64,000 nt of DNA, taken from contig CAWBNQ010000002.1 in the NCBI GenBank assembly GCA_963790205.1, positions 96,001-160,000 on the forward strand, given 5' to 3'. How positions within the stretch are numbered: position 1 is the stretch's first letter; each line of letters opens with the position of its first letter. The notes beneath the pieces are model-generated. The model had not been told where the DNA came from. It saw nothing but the letters and a program-made list of their open reading frames with translations, and did no database searches. Below are positions 18,807 through 27,769 of the stretch, one piece after another. The DNA is from Nitrospirota bacterium (GTDB lineage Bacteria; Nitrospirota; UBA9217). The translations under genes and the position numbers were made by a program.

Positions 18807-19859
18807 ATGCTTTTTTCAAAAAAATCAGATCCGATTGCCCTTGATATCGGGTCCACGTTCATCAAATTGGTGCAACTGAAGGGGGCGAAGGGACATTACC
18901 AACTCGTCAAATTCGGCATGATCCCCCTGCCTCCCGAAGTCATCGTTGAGGGCGCGGTCATGGACGCCGGGCGCGTTGTCGATGCCATCAAGGAACTCCT
19001 GGCGGCCCAGCAGGTCAAGACCAGGGAAGTGGTGATCTCGGTCTCCGGCAGCTCGGTCATCATCAAACGCATATCCGTCGCCGATATGTCCGAGGAAGAG
19101 CTTGCCGAGTCCATCAAATGGGAGGCGGAACAGTACATCCCCTTTTCCATTGACGACGTGAACGTCGATTTTCAAAAACTCGGCCCGGGCGCGCAGGAGG
19201 GACAGGCGGACGTGCTCCTTGTGGCGGTCAAAAAAGACAAGATCAACGACTACATCAATCTCGTGAAAGAGGCGGGGCTTGAACCGGTCGTCCTGGATGT
19301 GGACGCCTTTGCCCTTGCGAACATGTACGAGCACAACTATGATCTGGAAGCCGGCATTATCGCGCTCCTCAATATCGGCGCGTCGGTGATGAACATTAAT
19401 ATCCTCAAGGACGGCATGTCGATCTTTACGCGCGATATCACGGTGGGCGGCAACCGCTATACCGAGGCGCTGCAGCGGGAGTTCGGCCTTACCTATGAGG
19501 ACGCCGAAAAGGTGAAGCGGGGTGAGGCCGTCGAGGGCCAGGACAGGGAGCAGATCGCGGGCGTGATGTCCGCCGTTACGGAAGACATCGTGGGCGAAAC
19601 ACAGCGGTCGTTCGATTTTTTCCGGTCCACAACCGGGAGCGACCAAGTCACGCGCGTGCTGGTCTCGGGCGGCTGCGCCAGAATAGCGAATTTTACCCCC
19701 GTCCTCTCCCAGCGCATTGAAATCCCCGTGGAGATCACGAACCCCTTCAAAAATATCAAGATAGACCCGAAGCGCTTTGATCCGGCGTTTTTGCAGGAAG
19801 TCGGGCCCCAGTCCGCGGTTGCGGTAGGGCTTGCGATCAGGAGGCCGGGGGACCGATGA
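18807..19859 (+). CDS. pilM: Type IV pilus assembly protein PilM
   Basis: ALDIGS, WEAEQYIPF, LNIGAS, LVSGGCA and AVAVGLAIR motifs; first gene of pilMNOPQ. Confidence 0.95.
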   Translation: MLFSKKSDPIALDIGSTFIKLVQLKGAKGHYQLVKFGMIPLPPEVIVEGAVMDAGRVVDAIKELLAAQQVKTREVVISVSGSSVIIKRISVADMSEEELAESIKWEAEQYIPFSIDDVNVDFQKLGPGAQEGQADVLLVAVKKDKINDYINLVKEAGLEPVVLDVDAFALANMYEHNYDLEAGIIALLNIGASVMNINILKDGMSIFTRDITVGGNRYTEALQREFGLTYEDAEKVKRGEAVEGQDREQIAGVMSAVTEDIVGETQRSFDFFRSTTGSDQVTRVLVSGGCARIANFTPVLSQRIEIPVEITNPFKNIKIDPKRFDPAFLQEVGPQSAVAVGLAIRRPGDR

Positions 19860-20405
19860 TCAAGATAAATCTCCTGCCCACCAAGAAAAAGCCGCCCAGG
19901 AAGGTCACTGAGCTTCAGCAGCAGTTGATCCTCGGCGGGCTCATCCTGGCCCTGGCGGGGGGCGGGATGTGGGCATACTGGAACAGCCTGAGCTCCAAGA
20001 TAGACGACCTTCAGGGGACGAAGGCGGCGGCGAACCGCGAGGGTCCGGGAGCAGGACAGCATGCTCAAGGAAGTCAAATCGGTCGAAGGCGAACGCAAAC
20101 AGGTCAACGACAAGATCGCCATTATTGAACAACTGAAAAAAAACCAGGGTCTTCTCGTGCATCTCCTCGATGAGATCAGTAAAGCGCTGCCGCAGGGAGT
20201 GAACCTTACGTCGCTCTCCGAAAACAGCGGACAGATCGCCCTGGAGGGTATGGCGTTCACGAATAACGACATAGTTCATTTTGTCGATAACCTCAAGGCC
20301 TCCCCGTATTGCACCGACGTGTTTTTGCAGGAAACAGCGCAGAGTGCGGTGGAGGGGGTTGATGTTTATAAATACAAACTGCAGTTTACCTTTAAGGGAA
20401 TATAA
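19856..20405 (+). CDS. pilN: Type IV pilus assembly protein PilN; +1 frameshift near 20032-20043
   Basis: MIKINLLP N-terminus plus TM helix in one frame; LLDEISKALP..V.LTSL..EG.A...FVDNLKAS in the next frame. Confidence 0.88.
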
Positions 20406-21031
20406 TGGCGTCTTTTGCCGCTAACATTGCATCAAAGATACAGAAGATCCCGACCAAGACGAGGTTATACGGATTTGGCGCCCTTGTCCTCGTTATCGGG
20501 GTATTGTTCATCTATTTTGTTCACATCCCCATGACCACCCAGATCAAGCAGCTCGAGAAGGATATTTCCAGCCTCCAGACGACCATTCAAACGAATGATG
20601 AAAAGATAAAAAAGCTCGCGGAGCTGCGGGCCGAGGTAAAGACGCTTGAAGAGCGGCTGCGCCTGCTTACCGAACAGCTCCCGCCGGGCTCCGAAGTTTC
20701 CGGTCTCCTGGGGCAAATCCAGAACCTCGTGAGCCAGTCGGGGCTTACCCTTAAGCTCTGGCGGCCGGACAAACGAAAGGCGCATCCGAGCGGCTTGTAC
20801 GAGGAGATACCGATTGTCATGGAACTCACCGGCGGGTACCATGACGTAGCGCTCTTTTTTGACCGGGTGAGCAAACTGACCCGCATCGTGAATATGCGGA
20901 ACCTCAAGATGACCGGGGCGACCATGAACAAGGCCGGGGGCATGGACATCAAGATCAACTGTACGGCCATGACCTTCGCGGCGGTGGAGAAAAAACCTGA
21001 TGCAACACCAGTGGCAAAAAAGACAAACTAG
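20405..21031 (+). CDS. pilO: Type IV pilus assembly protein PilO
   Basis: QLP..EVSGLL, YEEIPI..GGYH..FFD.VSKL.RIVN motifs; operon position. Confidence 0.92.
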   Translation: MASFAANIASKIQKIPTKTRLYGFGALVLVIGVLFIYFVHIPMTTQIKQLEKDISSLQTTIQTNDEKIKKLAELRAEVKTLEERLRLLTEQLPPGSEVSGLLGQIQNLVSQSGLTLKLWRPDKRKAHPSGLYEEIPIVMELTGGYHDVALFFDRVSKLTRIVNMRNLKMTGATMNKAGGMDIKINCTAMTFAAVEKKPDATPVAKKTN

Positions 21032-21569
21032 ACCGCGGTTCTTCTTTACGCTGGCGCTTCCGGTGCTGGTGGCAATGCTCGCGGGTTGTTCTAATTCGCC
21101 GAAGGCGCCGGCGCCCGCAGCGGCCCCCGGCGCCTCAGCCTCAACGCAAAGACAGCCCATCGCCTCCGCGCCTACCGGTACGGCCCTTCTCAAGACCGGG
21201 GAAAAGCCGGTCGAGGAATTTTCCTACCGACCCGTCAGCAGGCGGGACCCCTTTGCCCCTATTGTCATGAAGCAGGAGAAGAAGGCGAGTATGGGCGACC
21301 GGCCCCCCTTGGAACGATACAATATCAGCGAATTCAAGCTGAGCGGCATCGTATGGGGCGGTTTCGGGTACAATGCCATGCTCGAAGGCCCTGATGGAAA
21401 AGGGTATTTTATCCGTGTCGGCACTATTCTCGGCCCGAACCGGGGTGTCGTCAAAAAAATCACCCAGAATATGATCGTCATCGAGGAAAAATTCAAGAAC
21501 ATGATGGGCGAAACCGAACGCAAGGAAATTACCGTCCAACTCCGGAAAAAAGAGGAGGAGAAACCATGA
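21000..21569 (+). CDS. pilP: Type IV pilus lipoprotein PilP
   Basis: Lipobox LAGC; RRDPF, PLERY, KL.GIVW and PDGKGY..RVG..LG.N.G motifs. Confidence 0.92.
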   Translation: MQHQWQKRQTRPRFFFTLALPVLVAMLAGCSNSPKAPAPAAAPGASASTQRQPIASAPTGTALLKTGEKPVEEFSYRPVSRRDPFAPIVMKQEKKASMGDRPPLERYNISEFKLSGIVWGGFGYNAMLEGPDGKGYFIRVGTILGPNRGVVKKITQNMIVIEEKFKNMMGETERKEITVQLRKKEEEKP

Positions 21570-23899
21570 AACACTTTCAACCACGCGCCATACTCAGGTT
21601 GATGGTCCTGATCTTTCTTACCGCGGGGGTGTTCCATGGTTGCGCCGCCACGTCGCCGACAACCGGCAAAGAGCCCGGCGCACTGGTCCCCATCAGCAAC
21701 ATCGAGCCCCGCGAGACGGACGGCAAGACCGAGATCGTAGTCGAAGGCGCCGGGCCTCTCCAGCAATACACTTCTTTCCAGCTAACCGAACCGCTCCGGC
21801 TGGTTGTCGACATCACGGATGCCGACATCAGAAAATTCCAGGAGAAGATACCGGTGGGCAAGGGAGCCATTCTCGATATCACGCCGAGCCAAGTGGACAA
21901 CATCGCCCGGCTGGAGATCGGCCTCAGCCAGGAGGCGGACACCAAACTCTACCAGGAGAACGGCAAGCTCGTGATAGAGATCGCCAAACCCTCGGAAGAA
22001 GCGAAGCAGGCGGCACCCGAGTCGCTCAAATCCGCTGGTACGCCCACGACGCCGCCGGCTGGAGGAGCGGAGCAGGCCGGAGTTAAAAAACCAGTCAAGA
22101 GGCCCGCGTCAGTGGTCACCGCCGTGCAGGCGACCGCAGGCACGGGCGGGGCCAAAGTGGTCATCACTGCCAACGGGACCATGACGCCCAATACCTTCAT
22201 GCTTGAGGGCAAAAAACTGGTCATTGATATCCCCGGGACCCGAAGCAGGGTTAAACCGAAAGTCATTCCGGTAAGGAAAGGCGGCCTCGACAAGGTGCGC
22301 GTTGGGCAGTTTACGGCCCAGACAGTCCGTGTTGTGCTGGATCTTACCAAGCCCATGACCTACACGGCCACGCCTGAGGGCAATAAAGTTATCATTGCCA
22401 TGAGCGAAGCAGCGCCGGCCAAGGCCGAAGAAACAGCCCCTCAGGAAAAAACAGCGGCGTCAGAAGCGGAAAAAGCGCAGGCCGTAGTGCAGGAAAAGCC
22501 CGCGCCCCCGGCGCACGGGGCCCCGGCTGTTCCTCCGGCCCCGGCCGCTCCGGCACCGGCAAAAATCGAGAGGGCGGGCGCGGCGAAACAGACTCCGGGA
22601 CCGCTGGAGGCAAGCGCGCTCATCGGCGGGGGCAAGTATTCCGGGCGAAGAATATCGCTGGACCTTCAAGACGCCGATTTGGTCAACGTATTGCGGCTTT
22701 TTGCCGATGTGGCTGACCTGAACATCATCATCGCCCCCGACGTAAAAGGCAGGGTGACCGTGCGCATGGTCAATATTCCCTGGGACCAGGCCATGGACAT
22801 CATCCTCAAAATGAACGGACTCGGGTTCATCCTCGAAGACAACGTCCTCAGGGTCGCGTCGGTGGCGGCCCTTACGAAAGAGGCTGAGGATGAATCCAGG
22901 GCCAAGGACGCGAAAAAGAAGGCGGAAGACCTTGTCACGCGTATGGTCTCGATAAACTACGCCACGGCGAGCGCCATTAACGGCACGCTCAAAAAGTCCC
23001 TGTCTTCCCGGGGAGAGACCGTGGTCGATGAAAGGACCAATACCATCATCATTACCGACATAGCGAAGAATGTGAACGATATCCTGGCCCTTATCAAGGT
23101 GCTGGACAAGGCGATCCCGCAGGTCATGATCGAGGCGCGGATCGTGCAAGCGTCAACCACCTTCAGCCGCGACATCGGCGTGCAGTGGGGCGGAACGTAC
23201 ATAGCGGACGCGGCGCACGGGAACCCGCCCGGCTTTAACTTCCCGAACACCATAACGACCACCGGCGGGCCCACCCAGGGGACGACGCAATTCGGCGCAG
23301 GCAACTACCTGGTGAACCTGCCCGCGGCCGTGGGCGCGGGTTCCGGCGGGTCCATCGGGTTCAACTTCGGCTCGCTGTCCAAGGCCCTGAACCTCGATCT
23401 CGCGCTTTCAGCCATGGAGTCCACGGGCGAAGGCAAGGTGATCTCCACGCCGCGGATAAGCGCGCTCGACAACAAGGAGGCCAAGATCGAGCAGGGGTCG
23501 TCGATCCCCTATACCACGACTTCATCATCGGGCACGCAGGTTCAGTTTATCGACGCCAAGCTTTCCCTGACCGTGACGCCGCACGTCACGCCGGACAACA
23601 AGATATTCATGAAGATCCAGGCGACCAAGAATGCGCCGGATACGTCCCTCCTGGGAGCGGGCGGACAGCCTTCGATCAGCACAAGCTCGGCAACCACGGA
23701 AATCCTGCTTACCGACGGAGAGACAGCCGTCATCGGCGGCATCCTCATCATCGACCGTGGTTATACGATTCAGAAGGTGCCCTTTTTCGGCGACCTGCCG
23801 CTCATCGGTTGGCTGTTCAGGGAAAAGACTCTGAAAAACAACAAGACGGAGCTGCTTATCTTTATAACGCCGCGGCTTGTGAGGCAGGATACAATTTGA
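21566..23899 (+). CDS. pilQ: Type IV pilus secretin PilQ with AMIN domains
   Basis: YSGRRISLDLQDAD, VDERTN, QVMIEARIV, KVPFFGDLPLIGWLF and ELLIFITP motifs. Confidence 0.96.
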   Translation: MKHFQPRAILRLMVLIFLTAGVFHGCAATSPTTGKEPGALVPISNIEPRETDGKTEIVVEGAGPLQQYTSFQLTEPLRLVVDITDADIRKFQEKIPVGKGAILDITPSQVDNIARLEIGLSQEADTKLYQENGKLVIEIAKPSEEAKQAAPESLKSAGTPTTPPAGGAEQAGVKKPVKRPASVVTAVQATAGTGGAKVVITANGTMTPNTFMLEGKKLVIDIPGTRSRVKPKVIPVRKGGLDKVRVGQFTAQTVRVVLDLTKPMTYTATPEGNKVIIAMSEAAPAKAEETAPQEKTAASEAEKAQAVVQEKPAPPAHGAPAVPPAPAAPAPAKIERAGAAKQTPGPLEASALIGGGKYSGRRISLDLQDADLVNVLRLFADVADLNIIIAPDVKGRVTVRMVNIPWDQAMDIILKMNGLGFILEDNVLRVASVAALTKEAEDESRAKDAKKKAEDLVTRMVSINYATASAINGTLKKSLSSRGETVVDERTNTIIITDIAKNVNDILALIKVLDKAIPQVMIEARIVQASTTFSRDIGVQWGGTYIADAAHGNPPGFNFPNTITTTGGPTQGTTQFGAGNYLVNLPAAVGAGSGGSIGFNFGSLSKALNLDLALSAMESTGEGKVISTPRISALDNKEAKIEQGSSIPYTTTSSSGTQVQFIDAKLSLTVTPHVTPDNKIFMKIQATKNAPDTSLLGAGGQPSISTSSATTEILLTDGETAVIGGILIIDRGYTIQKVPFFGDLPLIGWLFREKTLKNNKTELLIFITPRLVRQDTI

Positions 23900-24169
23900 G
23901 CAAGCGGGAAGCGATCTGACTTGAATGCCAGCCGGGGCCGGGAAGACTGAAGGAGTATGAAAGCGCGGCATCAGTAAAAATGACGCATCACTGGGAAACA
24001 GATTCCATGATTATGGATAAGCGCGACAATGCGACGGCATCAGAAGCCGCCGTAGCGAAAGCGCAATAATGGAAAAACAACAGGTTATCCGGTGCCGGAC
24101 CTTGGCGCGGCATTTGCAGATTATTGAATGGCATAATAAAGTTCTGAGCCAAAAGGAGGTCGTTGATTG

Positions 24170-25018
24170 ATGGGCACGATCGTTAAAATAAAGAAGCTTT
24201 CACGAATGTCTGTGCTGCTTCTTGTCGCATTCTCCGTCATAGTGCTCTCGGGGTGTGGAAAATCAGGCACGCCACCGCCCGGCGCGACGCTCACCATAGC
24301 GACACAAGGTCCGTTAATTAGCGATACGACAATCACATCCGGTATTACAACTCAAAAGTATCGCGTAATGGTCGTTGACACGGCCGGTATTCCGCTTCAA
24401 GGAGTAAAGGTGGATATTCAAGCTACGTTTACGACTGGCGATAATATTGCGTTCAATGGTCTACCTGGGGCCATCAACACCTCACCTCAAATGCTTATTA
24501 CCAGCGTTGAGACAGGCGATCTTGGGTTCTTTGATTTCCCTATCAGCGCACCCACGTTTTCGTTTGGTACGCTCGCCACCCCACTTGCAACAGGCGCCAG
24601 TGCGTTAGCGAGCGGCGGTACCCTTACTGTTGGTATGTTTCAATATCAGATCACGGCTACTGATGCTGCCACACCACCAGGTGAAACTTTGCCATCCAGT
24701 ATCGTCTCTGCACCCACTACAACATCAAACAGCAGCGTTACAATAACCTGGCAAGCAGTATCAAGGGCATCGGGTTATAATATTTACGGCGATGAAGGGA
24801 CCGGCACAATAGGAAAACTGACAGTGACGCCGCTTACTGCTTCGTCGGTTTGTAATGCGCTCACACTGGTTTGTACATTTACCGACAAAGGTTTAGTGAC
24901 AACCCCCGGGGCCGCTCCACCTTTGGTAGGTAACAGCGGGCAAGGCGCCAATCCCGTCAAAGGCTCGATGACGGCGACTACAGGGGCACTTTCAGCTTCA
25001 ATGGATATAGCACAGTAG
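24170..25018 (+). CDS. Thr/Gly-rich lipoprotein with Ig/FN3-like beta domains
   Basis: Lipobox LSGC; TITWQAVSRASGYNIY FN3-like motif; AGGAGG RBS. Confidence 0.75.
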   Translation: MGTIVKIKKLSRMSVLLLVAFSVIVLSGCGKSGTPPPGATLTIATQGPLISDTTITSGITTQKYRVMVVDTAGIPLQGVKVDIQATFTTGDNIAFNGLPGAINTSPQMLITSVETGDLGFFDFPISAPTFSFGTLATPLATGASALASGGTLTVGMFQYQITATDAATPPGETLPSSIVSAPTTTSNSSVTITWQAVSRASGYNIYGDEGTGTIGKLTVTPLTASSVCNALTLVCTFTDKGLVTTPGAAPPLVGNSGQGANPVKGSMTATTGALSASMDIAQ

Positions 25019-25056
25019 ACAGACCAGCTTTGCGAAGCAGCAGCACGCCATCGAAT

Positions 25057-25082
25057 GCGCCCTCAGGGGCGCTTTCTTTTTT
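25057..25082 (+). terminator. Rho-independent terminator
   Basis: GCGCCC-TCAG-GGGCGC followed by a T-run. Confidence 0.75.
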
Positions 25083-25165
25083 AGGACGGGATGAAGCTCG
25101 ATTTTTTTATGTGGTGTGCTATATCCTTCCATAAGGTCTTTCAATACGACTTATACTGACGCGAC

Positions 25166-25831
25166 ATGTCTCAACCTCTAAAAAAAACAATTCACCACGC
25201 CCTTGAGACAAATGATCTCGATGCCGTGGTGTCGCTTGCGAAAGAAAATCGAAGGGTCCTGAGCCTGCTGGTGCGCATTGCCTACGACAAGGACACGCTC
25301 GTCGGGTGGCGGGCGATCAAGGCAATCGGATTTTCTGCAAAAGCGCTCGTCAAGACCGATTATGACTTCCTTCGAGAGACGGTACGAAGGCTTCTCTGGT
25401 CTCTTACCGACGAATCAGGCGGCATCGGGTGGGCCGCGCCCGAGCTTCTGGGGGAGATCGTGAGCGCGGACCCTCACAGATTCAGCGATATTGTCCCGCT
25501 TATTGCCGGGGTTTATGATATAGAGGAAGAGGTGTTCAGGCCCGGGGTCCTCTATGCGCTGGGCAGGATTGCTCAGGCTGATCCCGCATTGATGATCCCC
25601 TATAAAGACCTCATCAAACGCGTGCTTTCCGACGATGGTCCATTGTCGCGTGTCTACGCGCTTGATTTATTGAAGACGCTCAAAAGCCGGATGAGTGGAA
25701 AAGAACTGGACATTTTCAGGAAAATGGCAACGAACCTGTTGTCAGATCATTCTGAGGCGTGGGTCTACACCAATGACGGATTCGTAAATATGGAAGTACG
25801 GGAAGCCGCACGAGCAGCTATTGAAGATTAA
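25166..25831 (+). CDS. HEAT-repeat protein (DVU0298-like)
   Basis: RRLLWSLTDESGGIGWAAPE motif and helical repeats. Confidence 0.75.
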   Translation: MSQPLKKTIHHALETNDLDAVVSLAKENRRVLSLLVRIAYDKDTLVGWRAIKAIGFSAKALVKTDYDFLRETVRRLLWSLTDESGGIGWAAPELLGEIVSADPHRFSDIVPLIAGVYDIEEEVFRPGVLYALGRIAQADPALMIPYKDLIKRVLSDDGPLSRVYALDLLKTLKSRMSGKELDIFRKMATNLLSDHSEAWVYTNDGFVNMEVREAARAAIED

Positions 25832-25965
25832 TATTATATGTGTGGGGTGACAACATAATATATTGACTATTCCGCGAGTAATTGTGGGATAGTGATATGG
25901 TTTTTTATGGCCAATAAATAGTGCGCTTGAATCTGTGATGCAAGCGTTTTATTTTTATCCATAAA

Positions 25966-25995
25966 CTTGACAAAGATAGACTCATATTTTATAAT
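25966..25995 (+). promoter_or_regulatory. Consensus sigma-70 promoter overlapped by a HAIR-like HspR operator
   Basis: TTGACA(25967)-N17-TATAAT(25990); CTTGACA-N7-ACTCATA versus HAIR consensus CTTGAGT-N7-ACTCAAG. Confidence 0.8.
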
Positions 25996-26024
25996 GTAAA
26001 AATTGAAATGTTTTGAGAGGTATT

Positions 26025-27167
26025 ATGGCTACTGATACGAAAAGAGATTATTACGAGGTTCTCGGGGTCAAAAAGGACGCTTCCCAGGCGGACATCAAGA
26101 AAGCTTTCAGAAAGCTTGCGAGGAAGTATCATCCCGATGTAAACCCGGGAAACAAGACCGCTGAGCAGAATTTCAAGGAAATGAGCGAAGCCTACGAGGT
26201 CCTCTCCGACGCCGGGAAAAGGCAGCAGTACGATCAGTTCGGCCACGCGGCCTTTGGCGGAGGGTACGGCCCCGGTCCGGAAGCGGGGCCGGGGTTCGGA
26301 GGGCAGCGGCCCGGCGCTGAACACTTCCGCAGCGGCAATTTCGAGGGGTTCGGGGACATCTTCGGCGACCTCTTCGGCGAGAGGGCCAGGCCCCGCGGCC
26401 CGCACAAGGGAGAGGACACGACCTACGCCGTTGAAGTTGACCTCGAAGACGCCATATACGGCAGGACCATGCAGGTCGATCTGCGGCGCGAAGCGACCTG
26501 CGCAACGTGCGGCGGCTCGGGCGCCCAGCCGGGCACGTCCCGTCGGACCTGTCCCACGTGCATGGGCTCGGGCAGCGTGTCCCAGGGCAGGGGGTTCATG
26601 CAGATCGCCCAGCCCTGTCCTACGTGCGGCGGCGAAGGGACGATCAACCCGAACCCGTGCAGGACCTGCGGCGGGAGGGGCGTTGTTCCCAGGTCGGAGC
26701 GCATCAATGTGAAGATCCCGCCGGGCGTGGACAACGGCTCAAAGATACGGGTCGCGGGCATGGGCGGCCCGGGTGAACAGGGAGGCCCTCCAGGAGACGT
26801 CTATATCATAACGAAGGTGAGGCCCCATCCGTACTTCGAACGCAAGGGCGACAACCTGTACTCGGAAGCAAAAATCACGGTGAGAGAGGCGGCGCTGGGA
26901 GATAAGATCGAGATCCCGACGGTGGACGGCATGGTCTCGCTGACCGTCCCGCCGGGCGTTCAGACCGGGCAGCAGCTCAAACTGAAGGGCAAGGGCGTGC
27001 CGCATCTGGGCGGAGGAGGAGTGGGCGACCACTATGTGACGCTTAAAGTGGTCACTCCAACGGGGCTTGGCGACCGCGAAAAGGAGCTGCTGCGGGAACT
27101 CGACAGGCTCCATCCCTCTGACCCCAGGCGGGACATGGTATTCAGGGGGTTTAGGAAGAGAACTTGA
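26025..27167 (+). CDS. dnaJ: Chaperone DnaJ
   Basis: J-domain HPD, G/F region and four CxxCxGxG repeats. Confidence 0.96.
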   Translation: MATDTKRDYYEVLGVKKDASQADIKKAFRKLARKYHPDVNPGNKTAEQNFKEMSEAYEVLSDAGKRQQYDQFGHAAFGGGYGPGPEAGPGFGGQRPGAEHFRSGNFEGFGDIFGDLFGERARPRGPHKGEDTTYAVEVDLEDAIYGRTMQVDLRREATCATCGGSGAQPGTSRRTCPTCMGSGSVSQGRGFMQIAQPCPTCGGEGTINPNPCRTCGGRGVVPRSERINVKIPPGVDNGSKIRVAGMGGPGEQGGPPGDVYIITKVRPHPYFERKGDNLYSEAKITVREAALGDKIEIPTVDGMVSLTVPPGVQTGQQLKLKGKGVPHLGGGGVGDHYVTLKVVTPTGLGDREKELLRELDRLHPSDPRRDMVFRGFRKRT

Positions 27168-27256
27168 AGTGCGAAGTTCGAAGTGTGAAGTGCGAAGAAA
27201 ATTCGTAAAACCTGCATTAGTATCTCATTCGGTTTTCGCACTTGCCACTCCGCACT
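27166..27256. repeat. Degenerate heptamer tandem repeat with inverted counterpart
   Basis: GAAGTGC GAAGTTC GAAGTGT GAAGTGC ... TTCGCAC TTGCCAC TCCGCAC. Confidence 0.7.
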
Positions 27257-27272
27257 GAACATGGGGTGAAAG

Positions 27273-27647
27273 ATGGCCGCACGTGAACACAGGCTGTTTA
27301 TGATCAGCGTGGTCTCGGAAATGCTCGGGATCCACCCGCAAACGCTGAGACTGTACGAGCGCGAAGGATTCATCAAGCCCAGGCGAAGCGGGGGAAACAC
27401 CCGTCTCTATTCCGAGGAGGACGTGGAGAAGCTCGAGCTGGTCCTGAGGCTCACACGTGAACTCGGCGTCAACCTGGCCGGGGTGGAAGTGATCCTCTCC
27501 ATGCGGGAGAAGATGGAGCAAATGCAGCGGGAGATGGAAGAGACGATCGGGCAGCTTCGCAAGGAGCTTGCCCGTGAGATCCGCCGGCGGGAGGAGATGA
27601 GAAGCGCCCTGGTGCCGGTGAGAAGGATCATGGTGCGGAGAGAGTGA
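27273..27647 (+). CDS. hspR: Heat-shock repressor HspR (MerR family)
   Basis: ISVVSEMLGIHPQTLRLYEREG..P.RS.GNTRLYS...LGVNLAGV; located between dnaJ and clpB. Confidence 0.92.
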   Translation: MAAREHRLFMISVVSEMLGIHPQTLRLYEREGFIKPRRSGGNTRLYSEEDVEKLELVLRLTRELGVNLAGVEVILSMREKMEQMQREMEETIGQLRKELAREIRRREEMRSALVPVRRIMVRRE

Positions 27648-27651
27648 AGGC

Positions 27652-27750
27652 GGAAGATGAGAAAGTGGGAAGTTGGGACGGTAGGGAAAAGGAGCAGGCG
27701 AAAGACGGGCTGATTCTCATCATCCCAACTTCGTAGCTTCGCAACTTCAT
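27652..27750. repeat. Degenerate octamer tandem repeat with inverted counterpart
   Basis: GAAGATGA GAAAGTGG GAAGTTGG GACGGTAG ... TTCTCATC ATCCCAAC TTCGTAGC TTCGCAAC. Confidence 0.65.
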
Positions 27751-27769
27751 ATTTGCAGCGGAGGTTCAT

